A stretch of 30,030 nucleotides of DNA, taken from NCBI GenBank assembly GCA_029932605.1, contig JAOZPT010000029.1, positions 1 through 30,030 of the forward strand, in the 5' to 3' direction. Position numbers and translations under genes: made by a program. Shown here one piece after another: positions 17,492 through 26,729 of this stretch. The stretch comes from Candidatus Zixiibacteriota bacterium. GTDB lineage: Bacteria > Zixibacteria > MSB-5A5 > UBA10806 > 4484-95. Positions within the stretch are counted from its first letter, which is position 1; each line of letters starts with the position of its first letter. The notes beneath the pieces were generated by a model, which ran no database searches, was not told the DNA's origin, and saw only the letters and a list, made by a program, of their open reading frames with translations.

Positions 17492-17569
17492 ATGACAGCA
17501 TACACAATAATAAAGATTATTGTTGGAATAGGACTTGAAATTATCGATATTTACAACGAGAGGAGGTAG
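17492..17569 (+). CDS. Possible 25-aa leader peptide in frame with rsgA
   Basis: MTAYTIIKIIVGIGLEIIDIYNERR*, with GAGGT at 17484-17488. It ends AGG AGG TAG on top of the rsgA SD. Confidence 0.25.
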   Translation: MTAYTIIKIIVGIGLEIIDIYNERR

Positions 17570-17575
17570 AGTTAT

Positions 17576-18469
17576 ATTTTAGATGGAAAAGTAATAGCTG
17601 TTTTTGGTAAATATATAAAAGTTCACTATCGGGGTGAAGAATACGATGCTACAATAAGAGGAAAAATTTTAAAAAATGACCTTAAATATTCACCGATTTC
17701 AGTTGGTGATAATGTAAAATTCACTATAGAACATAATGGTCAGGCGGTAATAGAAAGTGTGCTACCGAGGAAACAATTATTGGCCCGTCCCGGTGTTATA
17801 GGTGATGGAAAGAAGCAGGTTATCGCCTCCAACATTGACCAGCTTGTTATAATAACTTCAACTATAAAACCCAGATTCAAACCCGGTTTGGTGGATCGAT
17901 TTCTGGTCAGTGCGGAATATGAAAATCTCAAGTCGGTTATCATCATAAATAAAATTGATCTTGTACCGCCTGATAATTATGAGAGCTATGCTTTAACCTG
18001 GAGTTCTCTTGGTTATGATGTTGCCTTTACCTCCGCTAAAACTAAAGTTGGCCTTGATGATTTTGTGAAATTTTTAAAAGACAGAACGTCAGCTTTAGCA
18101 GGCCATTCAGGAGTGGGTAAATCATCGCTTTTAAACGCCATACAACCATCGCTGGATTTACACACCAGGGAGGTATCTCAATCTACCGATAAAGGTGTTC
18201 ATGCAACTACAACTGTGAGAATGTATCCATTGGACTTTGGTGGCTGGGTAATTGATACCCCCGGTTTAAAATTGTTCGGGCTTTCTGGCATTGATAAGGA
18301 AAATCTGTGGCGTTACTTTCCCGAGATGAGAGATTATCAAAGACATTGCCGTTTTAATGATTGTGTTCATATAAATGAACCAGGATGTGCTGTTAAAAAG
18401 GCAGTTGAAACGAAAAAGATTTCAGAATTTCGTTATATAAATTATAAAAGAATATGGGAAAATCTATAA
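17576..18469 (+). CDS. rsgA: Ribosome small subunit-dependent GTPase A; probable non-canonical ATT start
   Basis: Circularly permuted GTPase NKID / GHSGVGKSS / DTPG and Zn finger CRFNDCVHINEPGC. The OB-fold (GKVIAVFG..ATIRGK..PISVGDNV) extends in frame upstream of the track start (17759) to TAG 17567, with no ATG/GTG/TTG. AGGAGGT lies 8 nt before ATT 17576. Confidence 0.9.
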   Translation: MLDGKVIAVFGKYIKVHYRGEEYDATIRGKILKNDLKYSPISVGDNVKFTIEHNGQAVIESVLPRKQLLARPGVIGDGKKQVIASNIDQLVIITSTIKPRFKPGLVDRFLVSAEYENLKSVIIINKIDLVPPDNYESYALTWSSLGYDVAFTSAKTKVGLDDFVKFLKDRTSALAGHSGVGKSSLLNAIQPSLDLHTREVSQSTDKGVHATTTVRMYPLDFGGWVIDTPGLKLFGLSGIDKENLWRYFPEMRDYQRHCRFNDCVHINEPGCAVKKAVETKKISEFRYINYKRIWENL

Positions 18470-18692
18470 AGGTTATGTAATGGCGTTAACTTTAATTACC
18501 TTTTGAAGAAACGGAAAGAATAATATTGAATTAATAAATTGGATATTTTATGTAAAAATTTATTAATTTATAATTTTAAATGCTATAAAGGATTATAAAA
18601 ACGATGATGAATAAAAATAAGAGCGATATAAGTCTTTATGTTATAGTGAGTTATAAAAACAAAAAAAATATGTGATTATTTAAAGATTTTAC

Positions 18693-18721
18693 TTGACGGA
18701 TATATTGCAACTTATTATCTT
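18693..18721 (+). promoter_or_regulatory. Sigma70-type promoter of the rpsU operon
   Basis: TTGACG(18693-18698)-17 nt-TATCTT(18716-18721), with AT-rich UP-like sequence upstream. Confidence 0.7.
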
Positions 18722-18752
18722 GTTTAAGGTTGTGAAGAAAAGGAGGTTAATA

Positions 18753-18791
18753 TTGAAGTCGAACAATTTAAACTTTTTGAAAGGGGGTTGA
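18753..18791 (+). CDS. Possible 12-aa upstream ORF in the rpsU leader
   Basis: AGGAGGT(18741-18747) then TTG: MKSNNLNFLKGG*. Its last codons cover the rpsU SD (GGGGG). Confidence 0.3.
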   Translation: MKSNNLNFLKGG

Positions 18792-18795
18792 ATGG

Positions 18796-18990
18796 ATGAC
18801 CGTTGTCCGTGTTCGCGATGAAGAATCTTTTGAGAGGGCGTTAAGAAGGTTTACCAAGTCTTGTGAGAAGGCTGGTATTTTAGCTGATATTAAAAAGCAT
18901 CAGCAGTATGAAAAACCATCAGATCGCAGGAAGCGTAAACATAACGCCGCTAGAAGAAAGGCACGTAAAAGGTATTTGCCATCTTATTGA
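18796..18990 (+). CDS. rpsU: 30S ribosomal protein bS21
   Basis: ESFERALRRF..CEKAGIL....YEKPS..RKRK..AARR. Confidence 0.96.
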   Translation: MTVVRVRDEESFERALRRFTKSCEKAGILADIKKHQQYEKPSDRRKRKHNAARRKARKRYLPSY

Positions 18991-18994
18991 TCGC

Positions 18995-19441
18995 ATGGGT
19001 ATTATTGATAACATCAATAAAGACTTAATTTCTGCTGTTAAAGCTGGTGATAAAGTTGCTATTGCTGTTCTACGTATGTTGAAATCGGAGTTTAAGTATA
19101 AGCAGATTGAGTTGGGTCATGATTTAACGGATGATGACTGTATTGTTGTTTTGTCGAGTGCGGCTAAAAAACGGCGTGAGTCTATAGAGAGCTTCACCAA
19201 AGGAGGGCGAGATGATCTGGTTGCTCGTGAGCAGGCAGAGCTTGAGATGATTAGCAGATACTTACCAGAGCAGATATCGGATTCCCAGCTGGAGGAGTTG
19301 GTTAGCAATGTCATTTCTGAGGTTAATGCCTCCACACCTGCAGATCTTGGCCAGGTGATGAAAAACATTATGCCTAAGGTCATAGGTAGAGCTGATGGTC
19401 GTAGGGTTAATGAGATGGTTCGGAAAAAACTAGGAGGATAA
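18995..19441 (+). CDS. yqeY: GatB/YqeY domain protein
   Basis: AVKAGDK..LRMLKS..KKRRESIESF..GGRDDL..YLPEQ..GQVMK..GRADG. Start set to ATG 18995, just after rpsU. Confidence 0.92.
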   Translation: MGIIDNINKDLISAVKAGDKVAIAVLRMLKSEFKYKQIELGHDLTDDDCIVVLSSAAKKRRESIESFTKGGRDDLVAREQAELEMISRYLPEQISDSQLEELVSNVISEVNASTPADLGQVMKNIMPKVIGRADGRRVNEMVRKKLGG

Positions 19442-19461
19442 AGTTAGACAAGGAGGGGGCC

Positions 19462-20139
19462 TTGAACTGGATAGATTTTTTTGTTCTTGGCATCATTATT
19501 ATAGCTTTAGTTAACGGCTATAAAAGAGGTCTTTTCAAGGAAGCCTCGACTTTTATAGGGCTTGTTTCCGCTATCATTTTCTCCATTAATTATGCCGATT
19601 GGCTGGCAATGAAAATCGAAGGAACGTTTAACTTATCTCCCAGCCTGCTTTATGTTTTTTGTTTTGCCATCATTTTTATTTTTACACTTTTTGTCCTCAA
19701 GTTATTGGGGCATTATTTTTACATGATGGTTAAAATTACCCCTCTGAGATACCCTAATAAGGTTGGGGGAGGAATTTTTGGTATTTTAAAAGGTGTGTTT
19801 TTACTCTCATTGGTTTTTTTAATGTTCATTTTCGTTCCTGTGTTTCATTCTTTAAATCAGTCCATTGATGAATCATGGGCGGCTCCAACCATACGTATGA
19901 TGATTCCCACAACTTTTGATATGACCATGCGTTTTCATCCTGAGAGTGGTAGGTTCGCCGATAAGGTTACCCGCGGTGTATTAGGATCGAAAGCCATGGA
20001 GTATGCTGACAGACCCAAGGCTTTGTTAAAAAACAATGAGATATTGGGGATGTCCTTGAAAGATATTCGGGTACTCGATAATATCGACAAGTATTTCGGC
20101 CAGCCGACTGAACTTGCTAAAAGGAGAGATAAGGATTAA
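19462..20139 (+). CDS. cvpA: CvpA (colicin V production) family membrane protein
   Basis: MNWID..NGYKRGLFKE..NKVGGGIFGILKG; AGGAGGGG SD. Confidence 0.88.
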   Translation: MNWIDFFVLGIIIIALVNGYKRGLFKEASTFIGLVSAIIFSINYADWLAMKIEGTFNLSPSLLYVFCFAIIFIFTLFVLKLLGHYFYMMVKITPLRYPNKVGGGIFGILKGVFLLSLVFLMFIFVPVFHSLNQSIDESWAAPTIRMMIPTTFDMTMRFHPESGRFADKVTRGVLGSKAMEYADRPKALLKNNEILGMSLKDIRVLDNIDKYFGQPTELAKRRDKD

Positions 20140-20177
20140 GCCAAATAGGGGAGAAATTTTATTATCTTCAAAGTCTT

Positions 20178-22529
20178 ATGAATCCCCATACCCTTGAGGT
20201 TCTGGAGTTTTACAGAGTGGTCGAAAAGCTTCATGATTTTTGCTGGAGTGTACCGGCAAAAAGGTTTGAAGTATTGCCTTCAACTAACGTTGATGAAGTA
20301 AAGCATTCTCTTGATTGTCTTTCGGAGATGTTTGAGATTTATCGGTTTGACGGTGGTCCACCATCGCTATTATTTGATGATGTTAATATGATTCTGGAAA
20401 AACATGCCGCAGATGGTGCTGTGCTTGAACCATTTGAACTTATCAAAGTAGCCGAAATGTATGATGTCGTGAAAGGATTTATACATCTGGATGATAAGTA
20501 TCCGAATTTGAATAAACTAACAAGCCAGCTTGTACATAACGAGGGGATTATTACCCGAATCAATAGAGTAGTTCAGCCTCCGAATGAAATCAAAGATGAT
20601 GCATCACCTAAGTTGAGAGATATTCGAAAACAATTACGTCAAACAAGAGAAAAACTTGAAGCCAAGTATAATTCTTATCTTGATTCTAAGTATTCAGCCT
20701 ATCTCTCGGATAATGTCATCACCGTTAGAGAAGGACGATATGTTCTGCCGGTGCGCGAGGGGGCAAAGGGTAAGATAAAAGGTGTCATACATGATCGCTC
20801 CTCAACCGGTGCTACCTTCTTCATTGAACCATTCGAAGCGGTTGAGTTGAACAACAGTTATAGAGAAATAATGGTAGCCGAAAGGCAAGAGATATACTGT
20901 ATTCTCAGGAGTTTGACGGATGCAATTTTAGATGAAATCGAAGCTATTAAAGATAACATCCGTATATTAATCAGGCTTGATATCTATTCGGCTAAGGCCC
21001 GGCTTGCTCGAAAACTGGATTGTCATAGACCACAGATAAACACGGATAATTATATAAACATTAAAAATGGTTATCATCCTTTGCTCCGTTGGCATGACAA
21101 GCAAAATAATACTGATGAAACCATACCCATTGATATTGAACTGGGTAAAAATTTTACTACATTAGTAATCACCGGTCCTAACACGGGTGGCAAAACGGTA
21201 GCTTTGAAAACAGTTGGCCTTTTGTGTTTGATGGTTCAATCGGGGATGTTTATACCAGCAGGTGAGGATTCTACGATGCCGGTTTTTAAAGATATATTCA
21301 CTGATATTGGAGATGAGCAATCGTTGGAGGCTTCGCTTTCGACCTTCTCAGCCCATTTGGCGAATATCCGTTATGCACTCGAAAAAACCAAGCGTAATTG
21401 TTTGGTGCTTTTAGATGAACTTGGCGCTGGTACAGATCCCGATGAGGGTGTTGCTCTTGGCCAGGCAATAATTGAAAACCTGACCCAGAGGAAGGTTCCC
21501 ACCATAGTTACCACACATCACGGCAGGTTAAAAGCCCTGGCTGTTAATATAGCTGGAGTTGAGAACGGTTCACTTGATTTCGACCGTCGGAATTTGAGAC
21601 CGACATACCGTTTCAGAATTGGTGTTCCTGGTATGTCTTATGGTGTGGAGACTGCCCGCAAGCTCGGTCTAAATGGAAAAATAACAGATCGGGCAGAGTC
21701 GCTGATTGACCGTTCGGAAAGGAAACTAGCAGGAATAATAAATCAGCTTTCAGATAGACTCAAAGCCACCGAGGAAAACCTTCAGAAAGCACAAGAACAT
21801 AAACTTTCCTATGAATCTTTAGCCCAACTCTATACTGACAAGCTTGATAATATCAAAAAAGAAAAGAAACGGATTAAAAAAGAGGCTCTCGAAGAAGCGG
21901 AACGGATGATTTTGGAAACAAAGGCTGAAATTGAAAAGCTAATAGATTCAGCCAAAAAATCTGAAAAGAAAGTCGAGGCTTTGAGGGCGGTAAAGCATCA
22001 AGCAGATGTTAAAATCAAGAATATTAAGGAGCAGGTTAAGAGTATTGAACCGCCACCGCGGATGATTGCTGCCTTTGGTAAGGTGGGAGAAAAAGTGTAT
22101 TTACCTGATATAGACGTTACCGGTGAGGTAATTGAAAAGGTTGATAGAAGTGGCAAAATCCGTGTGCGCGTGGGCAATGCAATAGTTTTAACGGAGTTAA
22201 GGCGTCTATTTAAAGCCACTGCTGATGATGAAAGTTACAAGGCGCAGCAAAAAGGATATTCAATCTATGAAAAGGCGATGCCTGATATGCAGATAAACCT
22301 TAGGGGCTTAACCTATGACGAGGCTCAGCCAATTCTTGACAAGTATCTCGATGATGTTTACTTAGCGGGTTTTGATAGCGTTTCGGTTATTCATGGCAAG
22401 GGCACAGGAACGTTAAGAACCAAAATTCAGGAATTCTTAAAAAAACACCATCGTGTAAAATCCTTTCGTCTGGGTAACTGGGATGAAGGTTCATACGGTG
22501 TGACTATAGTAGAGATAAAAAAAGATTAA
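20178..22529 (+). CDS. mutS2: Endonuclease MutS2 with Smr domain
   Basis: TLEVLEF, HDRSSTGATFFIEP, ITGPNTGGKT, DIGDEQS..LSTFSAH, LDELGAGTDPDEG, C-terminal IHGKGTG. Confidence 0.96.
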   Translation: MNPHTLEVLEFYRVVEKLHDFCWSVPAKRFEVLPSTNVDEVKHSLDCLSEMFEIYRFDGGPPSLLFDDVNMILEKHAADGAVLEPFELIKVAEMYDVVKGFIHLDDKYPNLNKLTSQLVHNEGIITRINRVVQPPNEIKDDASPKLRDIRKQLRQTREKLEAKYNSYLDSKYSAYLSDNVITVREGRYVLPVREGAKGKIKGVIHDRSSTGATFFIEPFEAVELNNSYREIMVAERQEIYCILRSLTDAILDEIEAIKDNIRILIRLDIYSAKARLARKLDCHRPQINTDNYINIKNGYHPLLRWHDKQNNTDETIPIDIELGKNFTTLVITGPNTGGKTVALKTVGLLCLMVQSGMFIPAGEDSTMPVFKDIFTDIGDEQSLEASLSTFSAHLANIRYALEKTKRNCLVLLDELGAGTDPDEGVALGQAIIENLTQRKVPTIVTTHHGRLKALAVNIAGVENGSLDFDRRNLRPTYRFRIGVPGMSYGVETARKLGLNGKITDRAESLIDRSERKLAGIINQLSDRLKATEENLQKAQEHKLSYESLAQLYTDKLDNIKKEKKRIKKEALEEAERMILETKAEIEKLIDSAKKSEKKVEALRAVKHQADVKIKNIKEQVKSIEPPPRMIAAFGKVGEKVYLPDIDVTGEVIEKVDRSGKIRVRVGNAIVLTELRRLFKATADDESYKAQQKGYSIYEKAMPDMQINLRGLTYDEAQPILDKYLDDVYLAGFDSVSVIHGKGTGTLRTKIQEFLKKHHRVKSFRLGNWDEGSYGVTIVEIKKD

Positions 22530-22531
22530 TT

Positions 22532-24316
22532 ATGGTAGGTTACATTCCAGATTATATAGTAGAGAGGATCAAATCTGATACTGATATATTGGATTTGATT
22601 AGCGAATATGTTACCCTTAAGAAAACTGGTAAAGATTATGTTGGTTTGTGCCCGTTTCATCGTGAGAAAACCCCCTCGTTTACCGTGGTACCCGGTAAGG
22701 GTTTTTATTATTGTTTTGGCTGTGGTGCATCAGGAAATGCTGTGAATTTTATCATGCGTCACGAGAATCTCGATTACCCTGAGGCTTTGAGATTTTTAGC
22801 CAAGCGGGCTGGTATAACTATACCGGAAAAACAGATTGGCTACAAAGATTCGATCACGGGACAGCTTTACAATGCAATTGAATATGCACGGACTTACTTT
22901 GTAAAAAATTTAAAAGGTTCTCCGGGTTATGACTACGTGAAATCGCGGAACATAAAAGACGGCATTATTGATGAACTTGGTATCGGTTATGCTCCGGCAG
23001 GTTGGGATAATTTGTATAAAGAACTTATGAGGGAAAAATTTTCGGTTGAAGTATGTACTGAGGCTGGTTTGCTTGTTAAAAAGGATGGTAAATTATCATC
23101 GAGCAGAGGATATTATGATAAATTTCGCAATCGGTTGATGTTTCCCATAAAAAATGTTTCGGGTAGGACAATAGGTTTTGGCGGACGGGCTTTAAGTGAT
23201 GAAGAGGGTCCTAAGTATTTGAACTCACCTGAGAATAGGATTTATCATAAGGGCTCGGTTCTTTATGGTCTCAATTTCACGAAAATCCATATAAGGCAGG
23301 ATGGTTTTGCTATTATAGCCGAGGGCTATTTCGATTTTATCTCTTTATATCAGGCGGGCATAAAGAATGTCGTCACGGTATCAGGTACAGGTTTTACGCC
23401 GAACCAGGCCAGCCTATTAGCGCGTTTCTGCAAGGATGTTGTGCTCTTATATGATGCTGATTCCGCGGGGATGAAAGCAACTTTCAGGGCGGTTGATATT
23501 TTGTATAATGCTGGTTTGGAACCTAAAATAGTGCGCTTGCCTCAAGGAACCGATCCTGATAGTTTCATCAGACAAAGGGGGCAACAGGAGCTTTGTAAGC
23601 TGATTGATTCGGCAATGGGATATCTTGAGTTTGTGCGATATTCTTTACCTGATAAATTCTCTAACCTGCCTATTTCCCGTCAAGAGGATGTTATCAAATT
23701 ACTGGTGGAAACAGCTGCTGGCATCGATGATGATTTGAAATTTGGTTTATTTGTTCGCAAAGCAATCGAAACATTCAACCTCCCGCCTTCCGCTGAAAAT
23801 AGGTTTGTCAAACCTCACAGGAAAGAAAAAACAAAGCCTAAATTTAATATAACAGGTAGGGATAAATTCGAACGTGCTTTTTTAGGATTTGTTATTTCTC
23901 ATCCGGAGTATATTGAGCAAAGCATGCGGATAGTAAAGGCAGAGAATTTCAGTGAATCTACAAACAGGAAGATTTTTGAAAAATTAAAGGAAATAGGAAT
24001 TGGTCATGGGGAAAGATATGGTGAATGTTCGGTTTCAAGCTCCGGTATGATCGGTGATTTTCTAGAGGAATTTCCCGATGATGAAACTCGGCACAGGTTA
24101 ACGGAAATCGTTGTTAACGAGGTTGGTGGTGCGCCTCCGGATGTACTTTTTTCAGAATACATTTTAAAATTTAAAAGCTTTCAAGCCTCTGATAGGCTGG
24201 CTTTTCTCAGAGCCGAGATAGCAAAAGCAGAAAAGGAAGGGCAAGTACAAAATTTGGAAAAACTTATCTTGGAATATCAAAAGATCCAAAATTCGGTAAA
24301 AGGAAAGGTGATTTAA
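22532..24316 (+). CDS. dnaG: DNA primase
   Basis: Zn finger CPFHREKTPSF..CFGC, FRNRLMFPI, FGGR, KYLNSPE, TOPRIM EGYFD / YDADSAG. Confidence 0.97.
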   Translation: MVGYIPDYIVERIKSDTDILDLISEYVTLKKTGKDYVGLCPFHREKTPSFTVVPGKGFYYCFGCGASGNAVNFIMRHENLDYPEALRFLAKRAGITIPEKQIGYKDSITGQLYNAIEYARTYFVKNLKGSPGYDYVKSRNIKDGIIDELGIGYAPAGWDNLYKELMREKFSVEVCTEAGLLVKKDGKLSSSRGYYDKFRNRLMFPIKNVSGRTIGFGGRALSDEEGPKYLNSPENRIYHKGSVLYGLNFTKIHIRQDGFAIIAEGYFDFISLYQAGIKNVVTVSGTGFTPNQASLLARFCKDVVLLYDADSAGMKATFRAVDILYNAGLEPKIVRLPQGTDPDSFIRQRGQQELCKLIDSAMGYLEFVRYSLPDKFSNLPISRQEDVIKLLVETAAGIDDDLKFGLFVRKAIETFNLPPSAENRFVKPHRKEKTKPKFNITGRDKFERAFLGFVISHPEYIEQSMRIVKAENFSESTNRKIFEKLKEIGIGHGERYGECSVSSSGMIGDFLEEFPDDETRHRLTEIVVNEVGGAPPDVLFSEYILKFKSFQASDRLAFLRAEIAKAEKEGQVQNLEKLILEYQKIQNSVKGKVI

Positions 24317-25780
24317 ATGCCAGATCATGTTGAAATAAAATTGAATGATTTTGTAGATGATCAAACCGTTGACCTTGCCGAAATATGTTCGGCTGATATT
24401 GAGGGTATTCATCCTCATAAAGATATAGGAGTGCCGGATGTAAGTGGGGACAACACCTCGGCATATTTCAGGGATCTCGGACGGTTTAAAATTTTAAATC
24501 GGGAACAGGAGGTTGCTGTTGCCCGGAGTATTGAAAAGTATAAAAAAAGCATCAAGGAAATAATATTCTCATCGTTAGCTGTCCTCGAAAAACTGATGGA
24601 ATGCAAGCAGAAGCTTTATAACAAGGAGATAAGGCTTGAGGATATAGTATCTCCAGAGACATGCCGATGGTTTGCTCCTGAGAATATCAAACGAGAAAAA
24701 TCCAAAATCCTTAGTCGGTTGAAGAAAATAGGGAAGCTCATTGATGACATTAAAAAACCGCTAAGCGATTATGTTTTCAACCGTCTTGAACAGCAATTAC
24801 AAGTGCGCTATCGATTGCGGAAAGTGTTAATGGTCGAAATTGAGAAATTTAATTTCAACCTCGAGTTTTTGGATAACCTTATTTTTGTTTTCAAGAAAAG
24901 AACATCCGACAGGAGAAAATACCATTGCCCACAAAATAACCTTCCACAATTAAAAGGAATTGAACCTCTGGAGTATCTTTTTGCAGAGGAACTTCCCGCC
25001 AATGAGCTTAAAAGGGTTCAAAGGCGTTTGCATTTTCTGGAGAGGGAGCTGGGACGATCTAAAAGGATTATGGTTGAGGCTAACATGCGATTGGTCATCT
25101 CAATCGCTCGCAAATATATTGGACGTGGTATAGAATTTATGGATCTTGTTCAGGAGGGGAACTCTGGGTTGGTCAAGGCGGTTGACAAGTTTGATTACAG
25201 GAAAGGTTTTAAATTTGGTACTTACGCTTCATGGTGGATTCGCCAAGCGATAACCCGGTCGTTGTCAGAGCAGGCAAGAACTATTCGAACTCCAATGTAT
25301 TTAAACAGCCAGTATGGACGTGTAGCCAAGGTTTCCCAGAATCTCTACCAGAAACTTGGCCGTAAACCCGATATTAAGGAGATCTCCAAAAAGGCCGGTT
25401 TTTCTGTTGAGAAAGTTGAGGATATAATACGAATGATACCACAGACAGTATCGCTTTCCAAACCGTTGGGCGATGACGAGGAGAACCAAATACTTAACCT
25501 TATTGCCGACCCACAGTTTTCGACCACCTCGGGTAAAGCCTCTTTCGTTTACCTTCAAGACCAACTCGAGAAGGTACTTAACTCTTTGACCAGACGGGAG
25601 GAAGAGGTCATTCGTTTGCGTTTCGGTATGAATGATGGCATGCCACGTACACTTGAGGAGGTTGGCCTGATTTTCAACCTCACCCGGGAACGTATCCGAC
25701 AGATTGAAGCTAAAGCCTTAAAGAAACTTCGGCACCGCACACGTTCAGATAAGCTGAGGGAATGCGTGGACCTGCTTTGA
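24317..25780 (+). CDS. RpoD-family sigma70 factor (divergent; at the rpoD locus)
   Basis: [33 protein letters not shown], region 4 [20 protein letters not shown]; has a non-conserved region; directly follows dnaG. Confidence 0.9.
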   Translation: [487 protein letters not shown]

Positions 25781-25862
25781 TATGATTTATTACAAAGATA
25801 GATTTGTTTTTATTGTTATATTAATAAGTTTTTTAACCAAATACATATAGGAAAATTGTTTT

Positions 25863-26636
25863 TTGGAATATATAATCATATCCCTTGCTGCAATTATTAC
25901 CTCCGGATTAACTTTATTTTCAGGTTTTGGTCTTGGTACTCTATTAATGCCAGTATTTGCCATATTTTTTCCTGTTGATATTGCTATCGGTCTTACTGCG
26001 GTAGTTCATCTTTTCAACAATCTTTTTAAATTTGTATTACTAGGCAAATACGTTGATAAAACAGTTGCCCTAAAGTTTGGTTTACCAGCAATCATAGCGG
26101 CTTTTTTCGGTGCCAGATTTCTTATCTCTCTGTCGGATTTAAAACCACTTCTTAGTTATTACTTTTTTGGCCATGAATTTATGGTGATGCCGGTGAAACT
26201 TGTTATTGCGATTCTCATGGTTCTTTTTTCCCTTTTTGAAATTATGCCAAGACTGGGGAAACTCACATTTGAAAATAAATATCTCCCTTTTGGTGGAATT
26301 TTAAGCGGCTTTTTTGGTGGATTGTCAGGACATCAGGGAGCATTGAGAAGCGCCTTTCTTATTAAATGCGGTTTATCTAAAGAGGGTTTTATTGCCACAG
26401 GTGTAGTAATAGCCTGCTTTGTGGATATTTCCCGTATTTTTATCTATAGCACTCATCTTTCTCTAGCAGAGATGAGCGGTAATACATACATTTTGCTAAC
26501 TGCCATAATTGCAGCATTTTCAGGTGCGTTCATCGGTAACCGTTTGATTAAAAAGGTAACTATGAGAACAGTGCAACTTCTTGTGTCGATAATGATTTTT
26601 GGAATTGCTATTGGTCTGGGTTCTGGCATAATATAA
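25863..26636 (+). CDS. TauE/SafE (TSUP) family membrane transporter
   Basis: SGFGLGTLLMP and GFFGGLSGHQGALR in two half-repeats; about 8 TM segments. Confidence 0.82.
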   Translation: MEYIIISLAAIITSGLTLFSGFGLGTLLMPVFAIFFPVDIAIGLTAVVHLFNNLFKFVLLGKYVDKTVALKFGLPAIIAAFFGARFLISLSDLKPLLSYYFFGHEFMVMPVKLVIAILMVLFSLFEIMPRLGKLTFENKYLPFGGILSGFFGGLSGHQGALRSAFLIKCGLSKEGFIATGVVIACFVDISRIFIYSTHLSLAEMSGNTYILLTAIIAAFSGAFIGNRLIKKVTMRTVQLLVSIMIFGIAIGLGSGII

Positions 26637-26654
26637 ATATCTATTCAATAAAGG

Positions 26655-26680
26655 TGAAACATATATTGTAAATAGTCGTA
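26655..26680 (+). promoter_or_regulatory. ECF-sigma promoter (SigW-type)
   Basis: TGAAAC(26655-26660)-N16-CGTA(26677-26680), identical to the B. subtilis SigW consensus. Confidence 0.65.
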
Positions 26681-26729
26681 TTTTGTTTTAGAGAGATGAT
26701 GAAATTTCCACCACATTTAGGGGGGTAAG

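Noticed and set aside
18619..18646. dif-like site (TTATGTTA); also at 3768
   Set aside because: No XerC arm at the required 6-bp spacing.
18908..18994. ORF-track N-terminal extension of yqeY overlapping rpsU
   Set aside because: Family similarity starts at ATG 18995; the extension is an alternative frame of rpsU.
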